Assembly: GCF_000172995.2 (NCBI RefSeq)
Contig: NC_014731.1
Coordinates: 240,001 to 272,000, forward strand
DNA length: 32,000 bases
DNA from: Halogeometricum borinquense DSM 11551
GTDB lineage: Archaea; Halobacteriota; Halobacteria; Halobacteriales; Haloferacaceae
Direction: 5' to 3'
Part shown: in pieces, positions 1-8,333 of the stretch
Numbering within the stretch: position 1 is the stretch's first letter
Layout of the letters: every line of letters starts with the position of its first letter
Translations under genes and position numbers: made by a program
The notes under the pieces: generated by a model
What the model was told of the DNA's origin: nothing
Seen by the model: only the letters and a program-made list of their open reading frames with translations
Database searches by the model: none

Positions 1-234
1 GAGCACGTACCGACCTTTGTTCAGGAACTTCAAACTGAGGCGGTACTCTCCATCCGATTTGACCACGAACTCCATCTTCTTTAGCGTCGCCAGATGGTTG
101 TACACGCCGGGTTTCGAGAGTCCCAACGCGTCTGCAAGTTCTGTTACCGTTGCACCGTCCATCTCCTCCAGCGTATCGATCACCCGGCAGGTGTTTTCGA
201 CGGTGCTGAGCGTTCTTGGACTGCTATTTGCCAT
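1..234 (-). CDS. IclR-family transcriptional regulator, N-terminal wHTH portion (gene continues beyond window start)
   Basis: Absent from the ORF track because there is no stop codon in the window. The reverse complement from the ATG (232-234) reads MANSSPRTLSTVENTCRVIDTLEEMDGATVTELADALGLSKPGVYNHLATLKKMEFVVKSDGEYRLSLKFLNKGRYVL, 78 codons open to position 1. The HTH layout matches the two complete IclR paralogs in this window. Confidence 0.8.
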   Translation of the reverse strand, partial: MANSSPRTLSTVENTCRVIDTLEEMDGATVTELADALGLSKPGVYNHLATLKKMEFVVKSDGEYRLSLKFLNKGRYVL

Positions 235-256
235 TAACAAATATCTTGGTAAAGAT

Positions 257-269
257 GTATATATAAAAC
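257..269 (-). promoter_or_regulatory. putative archaeal TATA-like box for the partial IclR gene
   Basis: The minus strand reads GTTTTATATATAC, centred about 29 nt upstream of the ATG at 234. This spacing is typical of haloarchaeal leaderless transcripts. Confidence 0.35.
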
Positions 270-349
270 TGGATAGCGGGCAAAAATTGCGAGTCGGATG
301 GCGAACGGGTGGTCCAAGATAATCCGGCAAATAGATTGGCGAACACAAA

Positions 350-360
350 CATTAATACTA
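350..360 (+). promoter_or_regulatory. putative TATA-like box for the MSOX-like gene
   Basis: CATTAATACTA is centred about 27 nt upstream of the ATG at 382, in the 147-bp divergent spacer shared with the IclR gene. Confidence 0.35.
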
Positions 361-381
361 TCCTGATACTTACCCCGTCAC

Positions 382-1530
382 ATGGAAGGTAGTGACAAAG
401 CATACGATGTCATAGTCGTCGGTGTCGGAGGCATCGGAAGTGCAGCGGTGTACCACCTCTCTCAGCGTGGGCTTGACGTGTTAGGATTAGACCAGTACAG
501 CATCCCGAACTCGGTTGGCTCCTCACACGGTGACTCCCGGCTCATTCGCCTCACGAACTACGAGGACCCGGAGTACGTTCCCCACGTTCGGCGCTCTATC
601 GACTTGTGGGAATCGTTAGAAGAAGAGTACGGCGAACAACTACTGTTCCGTACGGGGACGGTTGATGCCGGTCCGGAAGGGAGTGAGACTGTCGAAGGGG
701 CCATCACCGCCTGCGAGGAGTACGACCTCCCGTACGAACATCTTTCGGCGGCCGAACTCTCCGAACAGTTCCCGGGGTTTCGTCTGCCGTCGGACTTTGA
801 AGCGGTACATCAGCCGGATGGCGGGTTTATTCATCCGACGAGGTGCGTACAGGCACATGTCGCCGGAGCGCACGATAACGGCGCAGAAACCCACGCACAC
901 GAAACGGTCGTCGAGTGGGACACGACAGACGACGGAGTCCGCGTACAAACCGATCTCACGACGTACGAGGCAGATCAACTCGTTCTAACGGCCGGCGCAT
1001 GGAAGGATGTATTCCCCGAACGGGTCGCGGAGAAACTGACACCGTGGCGCGTCATCGTCGGTGGCTTCCAACCCGAGTCTCCCGAGAAGTTTACACCGGA
1101 TGCACTGCCCGTCTTCTCGATCAACGAGGGCGACCAAGGATACTACGGGGCACCGGCAGCAGGCACCTCTGGGTTCAAATTCGGTCTCGTAGACAATCTA
1201 GAGGACGTTGCAGACCCGTCTGATTTCGATCCCAGACCGACGGAGAAGGAGAAAGAGCGGCTCAGAACGGTACTTTACGACAAAGCCCGAGAGTACTTCC
1301 CGGAAGGTGCGCGTTCGACGAAGCGACTGAAGACCTGTATGGTCACTCACACTCCGGATCAGGATTTCATCGTTGACTCACTGCCGGACCGTCCGCAAGT
1401 GAAAGTTGGCGCAGGGTTCTCCGGGAAAGGATTCAAATTCAGCGGTCTCATGGGAGAGCTATTAGCCGACCTCGTGACTGAGGAGGCCTCGAAGGTCGAT
1501 CTCGAAATTTTCGAGATGGACCGGTTCTAA
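382..1530 (+). CDS. FAD-dependent amine oxidase of the monomeric sarcosine oxidase / N-methyltryptophan oxidase / pipecolate oxidase (MSOX, SolA-like) family
   Basis: 382 aa. It has an N-terminal dinucleotide fold (DVIVVGVGGIGSA) and the GSSHGDSRLIRL motif typical of MSOX/SolA. The C-terminal region KTCMVTHTPDQDFIVD...GAGFSGKGFKFSG keeps the Cys that is the covalent-FAD site in MSOX. Confidence 0.85.
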   Translation: MEGSDKAYDVIVVGVGGIGSAAVYHLSQRGLDVLGLDQYSIPNSVGSSHGDSRLIRLTNYEDPEYVPHVRRSIDLWESLEEEYGEQLLFRTGTVDAGPEGSETVEGAITACEEYDLPYEHLSAAELSEQFPGFRLPSDFEAVHQPDGGFIHPTRCVQAHVAGAHDNGAETHAHETVVEWDTTDDGVRVQTDLTTYEADQLVLTAGAWKDVFPERVAEKLTPWRVIVGGFQPESPEKFTPDALPVFSINEGDQGYYGAPAAGTSGFKFGLVDNLEDVADPSDFDPRPTEKEKERLRTVLYDKAREYFPEGARSTKRLKTCMVTHTPDQDFIVDSLPDRPQVKVGAGFSGKGFKFSGLMGELLADLVTEEASKVDLEIFEMDRF

Positions 1531-2728
1531 CCTATCGTCGCGTCTGCACCCGATTGCTCATCCGACTGCACGACGTCGTGCGGTCAAGTGAGTGAAGAGA
1601 GACGTTACTATATCACACACAAGTCATCGGGTAAGCAACCGTGACACTTGCAGGCCGCTCAACGAGTGTCTTGCAGCGACGGCTACGTCCGTTCGCCGTC
1701 AAAACCTCACGTGACAGCTCTGTTCGGGGGCATTGCTGTAATTCTCGCTACTTCTTTTCAGTCACCTGTTGCCGCCATCTTCGTAGGTCGTCGAGGGCAC
1801 TCTGTCAAATACCACGATAAATAATAGTGTATAAATGGAACAAGATAATACGACAGCTAGCGGCTCTGCGTCCGATGTCTGATTGTAGACACGATACGAC
1901 ATTGGTTCGATGGTTCGTCCTGTTGCCTACTTCATGAGGGCATACTTTCATATGATCCTTATTGTCGTGCCAACTCACGTGTCTCTCTCCTCTATCTCGT
2001 GGTACGATCTGATTGTCCTTTCCTTCGGTGTGGCACGATGCGGGTTGATCGATATTGTTTGTGTTGTACACTATCGTCTACCTCAACGGTCGATTCGGCC
2101 TCTTTGATGACAGCTATCAACTGAGACTATTCTAACCCAGCTAACCCGGTCGAACTTAGAATCCAAGTAGTTTGGACAATTTAAAGTACGAAACCGGGAG
2201 AAAACGGTTCCGAGCCACTCTCGATGTTATTTCACATCTCCCGCGCCTGCATTCGCGTCGTTCTGTGGGGTTCGATTTCGATTCATTCGGTGTCTGATTC
2301 GATATCTCTCCGGTTCTGGTCTTCTCATCGGTGGCTGTCGAAATATTACAAGGCTAACTGCGTAACGCTATCCTTGATAAACATAAGAATTTACACATAA
2401 TGTCCGAGTATTTCGGATACAATCTGCCTAATACACTACGCAATCTCTTTCTATTTTTGTTGTTGACTGACCGCTCTAATCTCTAAATTCAGCGTAGATC
2501 TATGACAAATCGCCAAACTAATTCAATATTTTTCAAAATCTATATTTATCCGAATTACTTGGATTCTGTACTCGCCTATACGAGAAACAGGAGGGTATGT
2601 GAGGGACCGATAAACCGAAGTACACCTAGTGAGTGGGTGTAACTCACGTAGGGTAGTCGTCGTATGGTTTCCGTGACCCTCGAATCCGTCACGACCGTAC
2701 TAGCGCGCCTACAGAATCACTCAGACCC

Positions 2729-4417
2729 ATGACCAAGTGTACTGCTGAAATCGTTCGCGTGTTGGAGCATCTGGGCGTCGAGTACCTGTTCGGTTATCCC
2801 GGCGGCCGAGCAATCGAACTCCTCGAGTCTCTCGCCGACTCAGATATTCAAGTTGTACGCCCGCGTGACGAGCGCGAGGCGAGTGTGATGGCCGAGATGT
2901 ACGGGCGATATCACCAATCTCCGGGAGTGCTTACGGGGCAAGGCCCGTGGATTGGGAGTATCGGTGCGATTGGGCAGATGGAGGCTCAACTTGGCTCATC
3001 TCCTATGGTTGCGCTTACCGAGGCATCCGAACGAGGAGATTACTCGACGCTGGCCCCGTACCAACAGGCGCGGGGAGATTATGGTGGCTTTTCGCTTCCT
3101 AAGATTCTGGACGGTATCACGAAAGAATGGTGGTTCCCTCGTTCGGCCAACGAAACGATACGGAGCGTCCAGTTAGCGTTCAAGCATTCGACCGCTAACC
3201 GCCCCGGTCCCACGGCGGTTATTTTAGACGGTGATGCGGTCACAGCCGAGGTGCCGGAATCTGATACACCACCCCTCTGGTCTCCGGAGGCACAGACTCG
3301 AAACTGGGACTCGGCACCGACCGAGGAGACCGTTTCTACAGCCTCGAAGATTCTCTCGGATGCTGACCGACCAGTTATTATCGCGGGGAACGGCGTTCAC
3401 GTCTCTCAGTGCTACGACGAACTCCTCGAAGTTGCGGAGGCGTACGACGCGGTCGTCACCACGTCGTATCTCGGGAAGTCTACGATTCCGGAGACGCACG
3501 ACCGGGCCGCTGGTGTTATTGGTTCGTTCGGACACGAAGGTGCCAATCAAGCGGTCAGCGAAGCAGACGCGTTACTCGTCGTCGGTTGTCGGATGAATCC
3601 GATGGACACGAACTGGCAGGCGGCGAGTTTCATCCGCCCGGACGAGCAAGCGATCATCCACGCGGATATCGAAACCCGGAACGCCGGTTGGGTGTACCCC
3701 GCCGATGTCGGACTCATCGGCGACGCCGGACAGTCGCTTTCGGCACTCGTCAGCGCAGGTAGTGGACAAAACGGCTGGGCACTCGACCGCGCTGCTGAAG
3801 CGCGAACGGACTTTACAGCCCCCGCCTGCGACTCAGACCAGCGTCCGATTCTCCCACAGCGTGCAGTCGCAGAAATCAACGAGATAGTGGATGCAGAGAC
3901 GATTGTGACGGCAGATTCGGGGAACAACCGGTTCTGGCTCCTCAACTACCTGCAGACGCCGGCGATCCGAACGTACTTCGGCAGTGGCGGTGTCGGCGGC
4001 ATGGGATGGGCTGGTCCCGCTGGTGTCTCTGCGGCAATTACGACTGACAAGGACGTGGTCGCAGTTGCCGGTGACGGCGGCTTCACGATGACGATGACAT
4101 GCGTCGAAACAGCAGTCGAATACGGGGTGGCACCCACGTTTGTCGTCCTCAACGACACCTCGCTCGGGATGGTCCGCCAGATGGACGATTCGATTCCCGG
4201 CGTCGAGTTCCACGATACGGACTTCGTCGCTGTGGCCGAAGGCTTCGGTGCGGAGGGGATGCGCGTGACGGAACCAGAGAACTTGGCTGCTCGCCTCAAA
4301 GAGGCCAAAGCGGCCGATGTTCCGACGGTCGTGGACGTTCGAATCGACCGCGAACAGGATATGGCCGAAACGCTCCAGTCGTCGTTTTACGCCGAAGTCG
4401 GCGGCCTTCACGAGTAA
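2729..4417 (+). CDS. thiamine-diphosphate-dependent enzyme, acetolactate-synthase-like family (substrate unknown)
   Basis: 562 aa. The N-terminal pyrimidine-binding region reads GVEYLFGYPGG...DEREASVMAEMYGR. The C-terminal ThDP motif reads GDGGFTMTMTCVETAVEYGVAPTFVVLND. Confidence 0.9.
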   Translation: MTKCTAEIVRVLEHLGVEYLFGYPGGRAIELLESLADSDIQVVRPRDEREASVMAEMYGRYHQSPGVLTGQGPWIGSIGAIGQMEAQLGSSPMVALTEASERGDYSTLAPYQQARGDYGGFSLPKILDGITKEWWFPRSANETIRSVQLAFKHSTANRPGPTAVILDGDAVTAEVPESDTPPLWSPEAQTRNWDSAPTEETVSTASKILSDADRPVIIAGNGVHVSQCYDELLEVAEAYDAVVTTSYLGKSTIPETHDRAAGVIGSFGHEGANQAVSEADALLVVGCRMNPMDTNWQAASFIRPDEQAIIHADIETRNAGWVYPADVGLIGDAGQSLSALVSAGSGQNGWALDRAAEARTDFTAPACDSDQRPILPQRAVAEINEIVDAETIVTADSGNNRFWLLNYLQTPAIRTYFGSGGVGGMGWAGPAGVSAAITTDKDVVAVAGDGGFTMTMTCVETAVEYGVAPTFVVLNDTSLGMVRQMDDSIPGVEFHDTDFVAVAEGFGAEGMRVTEPENLAARLKEAKAADVPTVVDVRIDREQDMAETLQSSFYAEVGGLHE

Positions 4418-4473
4418 CGGCCAGTTTGTGGGAAGGCACAACGCTTTTGCCGGACTCCACCGACATCGGTACT

Positions 4474-5448
4474 ATGGCGGAAAACGCGACAGTACTTGTC
4501 ACTGGTGGGACCGGCTTCATCGGTTCGTACGTTTCGAAGCAGTTCCTCGAACACGGACACGACGTCATCGCATACGACCTCTCGACGGATACGCGTATCC
4601 TAGAGAAACTCGGTATCGCCGCCGACGTCGAAGTCAGACGCGGTGACGTGAGCGATGCGACTGACGTGGTCAGCGCAGTTTCTGAGACCGGAACGACGCA
4701 TATCGTTCATCTCGCCGCACTCTTGACCAATACGGCTGAGAGTAACCCTCGCGCAGCCATGCAAGTAAACATCGAAGGGACGAGCAACGTCTTCGAGGCC
4801 GCTCGGACGCTGGATGACCAAGTCGAACGGGTCGCCTGGGCATCTTCTGCGGCAGTCTATGCGCCGCCGCACAACTACGATGACGGCGGCGACTGGTGGG
4901 TTACCGAGGATGATCTGGTTTACCCGGATACGCTCTACGGGGCGACTAAGGAGTACAACGAACACCAAGCCCGCGTCTATCACGAGGAGTACGATGTCAG
5001 TCACGTTGCGATTCGGCCGACCGTCGCGTACGGCCCGTACCGTGAGACCGGTGGATCTGCGTTCCTTGCGAATATCATCGAGAAGCCAGCAGTTGGTGAG
5101 TCATTCTCGGTCGAGTACGGCGACCAAGAAATCGACTGGCAACACGTCGAAGATATCGCTCAGGGATTCCGTCTGGCGGCGTTTACACCCGATGAAGAAC
5201 TCTCTCAGCGTATCTACAACGTTCGTGGGGAGCTTGCGACCGTCCGAGAGGCGGCCGAGACCGTCGAGGGCATCATACCCGACGCCGACATCGACGTGTC
5301 TGACGATGGCGAACTGCCGTGGACCCAACGACTTGACATGACGAAGGCGCAGGAAGACTTGGGCTACGACCCGCAGTACGACCTCGAATCCGGGTTCCGC
5401 GACTACATCTCGGTTCTCCGTGATGAGGCCGGACTGGACCCGCTCTAG
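4474..5448 (+). CDS. NAD-dependent epimerase/dehydratase (extended SDR)
   Basis: Trimmed from track ORF 4099..5448. The first 125 codons are Arg-rich and read the alternate frame of the TPP gene. From the ATG at 4474 the protein reads MAENATVLVTGGTGFIGSYV (Rossmann GxxGxxG), with a YGATK (YxxxK) catalytic motif. It lies 56 nt downstream of the TPP gene and is probably co-transcribed with it. Confidence 0.85.
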   Translation: MAENATVLVTGGTGFIGSYVSKQFLEHGHDVIAYDLSTDTRILEKLGIAADVEVRRGDVSDATDVVSAVSETGTTHIVHLAALLTNTAESNPRAAMQVNIEGTSNVFEAARTLDDQVERVAWASSAAVYAPPHNYDDGGDWWVTEDDLVYPDTLYGATKEYNEHQARVYHEEYDVSHVAIRPTVAYGPYRETGGSAFLANIIEKPAVGESFSVEYGDQEIDWQHVEDIAQGFRLAAFTPDEELSQRIYNVRGELATVREAAETVEGIIPDADIDVSDDGELPWTQRLDMTKAQEDLGYDPQYDLESGFRDYISVLRDEAGLDPL

Positions 5449-5498
5449 GCGCTCGGCAACGATTCGAACGGTGAAAAGAGACGCAGGTTGATTCGGGT

Positions 5499-6110
5499 TC
5501 AGTTCTGCGTTTGGCTGTACTTGTCCACCCACTCTTTCAGCGTGATTCCCATCGCAGATTCGGTGATCGCGTTCGAAGAGGCCGAATTCGCACTTTTGAC
5601 GAGTTCGGCTTCGAGCGTTCGCGTCGGAACTTCCCCGAGGAAGTGCGGAATCGCTCTTTGTACGTCTAGCGGACAGCCGACTTCGTGAGCGAGCGCGTAG
5701 CCCGAGATTGAGTGGGGTATCTCCTCGTTGGCGTAGTGTTCGCGGTCGGTACCGTCAAGCAGTTCGGCATCAACGTGGTCCACGTACTCGTAGCACTTCC
5801 CGACATCGTGAAGCAGGCACGCCGCGACGATAACGTCGATATCTGGGTCTGCGCCGTGGAAGTCGCGTTGAACTTCGGCGGATTGGAGTGCGATTTTTGT
5901 GACACCCCGGACGTGTTCGACGTTCGTGACGTCGTGAATATTCCATGCGTATGGAATATCGTGGATTGACTGCCAACCTCCTCGTTCTAGACCGAGAACC
6001 CACGCGTCCACGACTTTTTCCCGAAGGTCATCGTCCTCAATCCGGCGTAGCGATGGAAACGCGTCCCGAACTTGACTTTCGTAGTCCCGCTCGTGTACCT
6101 CAGTAGCCAT
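5499..6110 (-). CDS. HD-domain metal-dependent protein (phosphohydrolase superfamily, function unknown)
   Basis: 203 aa. The His/Asp pattern is EH66VRGVTKIA ... AACLLH101D102VGK ... PH133SISGYALAH ... IPH156F. The start codon overlaps the stop of the upstream EthD gene by 11 nt. Confidence 0.8.
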   Translation of the reverse strand: MATEVHERDYESQVRDAFPSLRRIEDDDLREKVVDAWVLGLERGGWQSIHDIPYAWNIHDVTNVEHVRGVTKIALQSAEVQRDFHGADPDIDVIVAACLLHDVGKCYEYVDHVDAELLDGTDREHYANEEIPHSISGYALAHEVGCPLDVQRAIPHFLGEVPTRTLEAELVKSANSASSNAITESAMGITLKEWVDKYSQTQN

Positions 6111-6834
6111 CGTGTTTCAGAAGCGTGTTCTTCACGAGCCGTTCGCGGCCGATAAACCGCGGGCGCTCTTCGATTGCGAGGAAGTTGTCAACGTCCTCGC
6201 GCGCCTCGGCGGCTTTACCGCCCGTCGCCTCGTAGTCACGGGAGCCTTCACTACCCAATGCGTCGTAGAGTTTCTCGATATCGTCGAAGTAGAGTTCGGC
6301 GATGCCGTCGAATTCGGCGTTGTCGGGATCTGTCGGAACCACCTGACAGTACCGAACGACACCCTCAATCTCCTTTGCGATGGGCGTGTGAGTGTTCTGC
6401 CAGTGGTCGAGGAACTCCTCGTGAGTCATTCCTTCTTTCCGGACGAGGAACGCCGAGTGCTTGTAGAGACCGTCGGTATCGCCGTCAACTTCGTCCTTAA
6501 CGATGCGCTCTTCCCCGATCAGACGCGGGCGACGCGCTACGTCGAGGAAGTTATCAACGTCCTGTCGAGCTTTCGCGGCGATTTCTTTCGTCGGGTCGTA
6601 ATCACGCGAGCCTTCGCTTCCGAGCGCCTCGTGTAGTTCGTCTAACGTCTCGAAGTAGAGTTCGGCCAATCCGTCGAACTCCGCGTGTTCGGGTTCAGTC
6701 GGAAGGACTTGCTGGTAGCGGACGACTCCTTCGATATCCTTCGCAATCGGTGTGTGGGTATGCTGCCAGTGTTCGACGAACTCCTCGTGAGACATGTCCG
6801 ACTGACGCACTAGCAGTGCAACGTGCTTGTACAT
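6100..6834 (-). CDS. tandem EthD-domain protein (two EthD repeats in one chain)
   Basis: Trimmed from track ORF 6100..6945 to the ATG at 6834 (MYKHVALLVRQSDMSHEEFVEHWQHTHTPIAK...). The second half repeats the same module (LYKHSAFLVRKEGMTHEEFLDHWQNTHTPIAK...). The halves are about two-thirds identical by hand alignment. A TATA-like box lies about 28 nt upstream of 6834. Confidence 0.8.
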   Translation of the reverse strand: MYKHVALLVRQSDMSHEEFVEHWQHTHTPIAKDIEGVVRYQQVLPTEPEHAEFDGLAELYFETLDELHEALGSEGSRDYDPTKEIAAKARQDVDNFLDVARRPRLIGEERIVKDEVDGDTDGLYKHSAFLVRKEGMTHEEFLDHWQNTHTPIAKEIEGVVRYCQVVPTDPDNAEFDGIAELYFDDIEKLYDALGSEGSRDYEATGGKAAEAREDVDNFLAIEERPRFIGRERLVKNTLLKHDGY

Positions 6835-6858
6835 GGATATACGTCTCGTCGTGGTGTC

Positions 6859-6866
6859 TATTAAAA
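6859..6866 (-). promoter_or_regulatory. putative TATA-like box for the EthD-HD operon
   Basis: The minus strand reads TTTTAATA, centred about 28 nt upstream of the ATG at 6834. This supports the shorter start. Confidence 0.35.
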
Positions 6867-6980
6867 TGTGAGGGATCAGGAGGGATACGTGCTTCCGTCC
6901 ACCTCCCGGAGTCAAACACCCAGCAGTCATGACCCCAATGACCATCTTGATAATCGTCCGGAAAAATAATCGTACTGAGT

Positions 6981-8249
6981 ATGTACGAGCGGAGTTTCAT
7001 GGAAGGAACGCGTGGGACGCAGGCCGTTGACTGGGAGGAGCGCATCGACGTCAAGCGTCTCCGCGAAGAACGCTACGAGAAGGCACTTGAACGCTTACAG
7101 GACTCGGATCTCGGGAGTATGCTTCTCGTCTCCGACCCGAACATCCGATACGTTACTGGGCTTGCGATGACTGGTGGCTCCGGAGCCGACCATTACACCC
7201 TCTTGACCGAGGAGGGCGATATCGTCCACTGGGACACCGCAGATCACGCGAGCAATCAGCGGTTTAACTGCCCGTGGTTGGACGATATCCGCTACGCGTG
7301 CCCCGGACTCGGGAACGTCCCGCGCGCGTCCGGCCGCGACTCCGCACGCAACTGGCTCAAGCAAAAGATGGCCACTCTCGTCACGGAGGCGATGGAAGAG
7401 TACGGCGTCCACAAGGAGCCACTGGGTCTCGACGTAGGTAATCAGGGTCTCATCAGCGCCTTCGAGACCAACAACGTAGATGTTCGTACCAAGGAGTGCG
7501 TCGATCTGATGCATGATGCCCGGAAGATCAAGACCCAAGACGAGATCGAATGTCTTCGGCAGGTCGCAGCCATCTGTGAAGCTGGCTTCCAGAAAATCAA
7601 GGAAACCGCCCGTCCGGGTGTGAAAGAGTCCGAAGTCTGGGGTCACGCGAGCAAGGAACTCTGGCGGCACGGTGCGATGGTCCAAGGCGGCTACGTCACG
7701 TCCGGTCCGAACACGTGGCCGAAACATCAGGCGAACACGACCGACCGACAGATTCGCCCCGGTGATATCGTCTATGCCGACTTCTACAACATCGGCTACC
7801 TCGGCTACCGGTCGTGTTACTACCGAACGTTCTCCATGGGTGAACCAACCAAGGCACAGAAGGACGCATACGAAACGGCCCGAGACAATCTCTACGACGT
7901 ACTCGAACGCATCGAGCCGGGTGCGACGACCGACGAAATCTGCAAAGGCTTCCCCGATATGGAGGGCGAACACGCCGACTGGTACGACGCGACAGACCAC
8001 TGGCAGATGACGACCAATCACTGGGCACACGGCCTCGGTCTCCAACTCTACGAGGTGCCACTCATCTGGCGCGGTCTTTCGCCGGACCATCCCATCGAGA
8101 TCGAGGAAGGAATGACGATGGCTGTCGAAACGATGGAACCCGCAGACCGCCAAGGAGTCCGCGTTGAGGAGATGGTCGTCGTCCGCGAGAACGGCGTCGA
8201 AATCCTGAGTCAGTGGCCCGTTGAGGAGATAACGCGCATCGACTACTGA
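6981..8249 (+). CDS. M24-family (pita-bread fold) hydrolase, creatinase/prolidase-like, with atypical metal-ligand set
   Basis: 422 aa, with an N-terminal creatinase/prolidase-type domain and a C-terminal M24 domain. The motifs are GDIVYADF...GYRSCYYRTF, AHGLGLQLYE, GMTMAVET and GVRVEEMVVV. An alternative start at 6999 (M7) is possible. Confidence 0.85.
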   Translation: MYERSFMEGTRGTQAVDWEERIDVKRLREERYEKALERLQDSDLGSMLLVSDPNIRYVTGLAMTGGSGADHYTLLTEEGDIVHWDTADHASNQRFNCPWLDDIRYACPGLGNVPRASGRDSARNWLKQKMATLVTEAMEEYGVHKEPLGLDVGNQGLISAFETNNVDVRTKECVDLMHDARKIKTQDEIECLRQVAAICEAGFQKIKETARPGVKESEVWGHASKELWRHGAMVQGGYVTSGPNTWPKHQANTTDRQIRPGDIVYADFYNIGYLGYRSCYYRTFSMGEPTKAQKDAYETARDNLYDVLERIEPGATTDEICKGFPDMEGEHADWYDATDHWQMTTNHWAHGLGLQLYEVPLIWRGLSPDHPIEIEEGMTMAVETMEPADRQGVRVEEMVVVRENGVEILSQWPVEEITRIDY

Positions 8250-8333
8250 ACCGTCGGCTGACGTTACGCTACGAAAGCGGTACTGGGGGCCAGTTCACGA
8301 ACGACTAAGGGGGAACAGTACGACAGTGCGTGT

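Noticed and set aside
1805-2107. Track ORFs 1805..2071(-) 88 aa and 1910..2107(+) 65 aa in the long spacer
   Set aside because: Their compositions are His/Arg/Asn/Cys-rich and Ile/Val/Cys-rich respectively, unlike every confident gene here. They overlap each other on opposite strands and show no motifs.
2580-2728. Possible ThDP (TPP) riboswitch in the leader of the ThDP-dependent enzyme gene
   Set aside because: The conserved TPP-riboswitch elements (CUGAGA and the pyrimidine-sensor helix consensus) are absent. Only generic 6-bp hairpins are present.
4099-4473. N-terminal 125-codon extension of the SDR epimerase ORF
   Set aside because: It is extremely Arg/Gly-rich and reads the alternate frame of the 3' end of the TPP-enzyme gene. 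The Rossmann fold begins right after the ATG at 4474.
6835-6945. 37-codon upstream extension of the EthD ORF
   Set aside because: It has no EthD homology and a non-acidic composition, and it runs through the TATA-like box that fits the ATG at 6834.
7095-8153. Long antisense or shadow ORFs inside real genes. Examples: 7095..8153(-) 352 aa, 20403..21194(-) 263 aa, 9990..10742(+), 10730..11434(+), 12767..13489(-), 27257..28162(-), 25247..25912(-), 3833..4441(-) and 14262..14876(+).
   Set aside because: They are Arg/Ser/Pro/Gly-rich with low-complexity composition, which is typical of off-frame reading of GC-rich coding DNA. Each lies fully within a gene that has clear family motifs on the other strand or frame.
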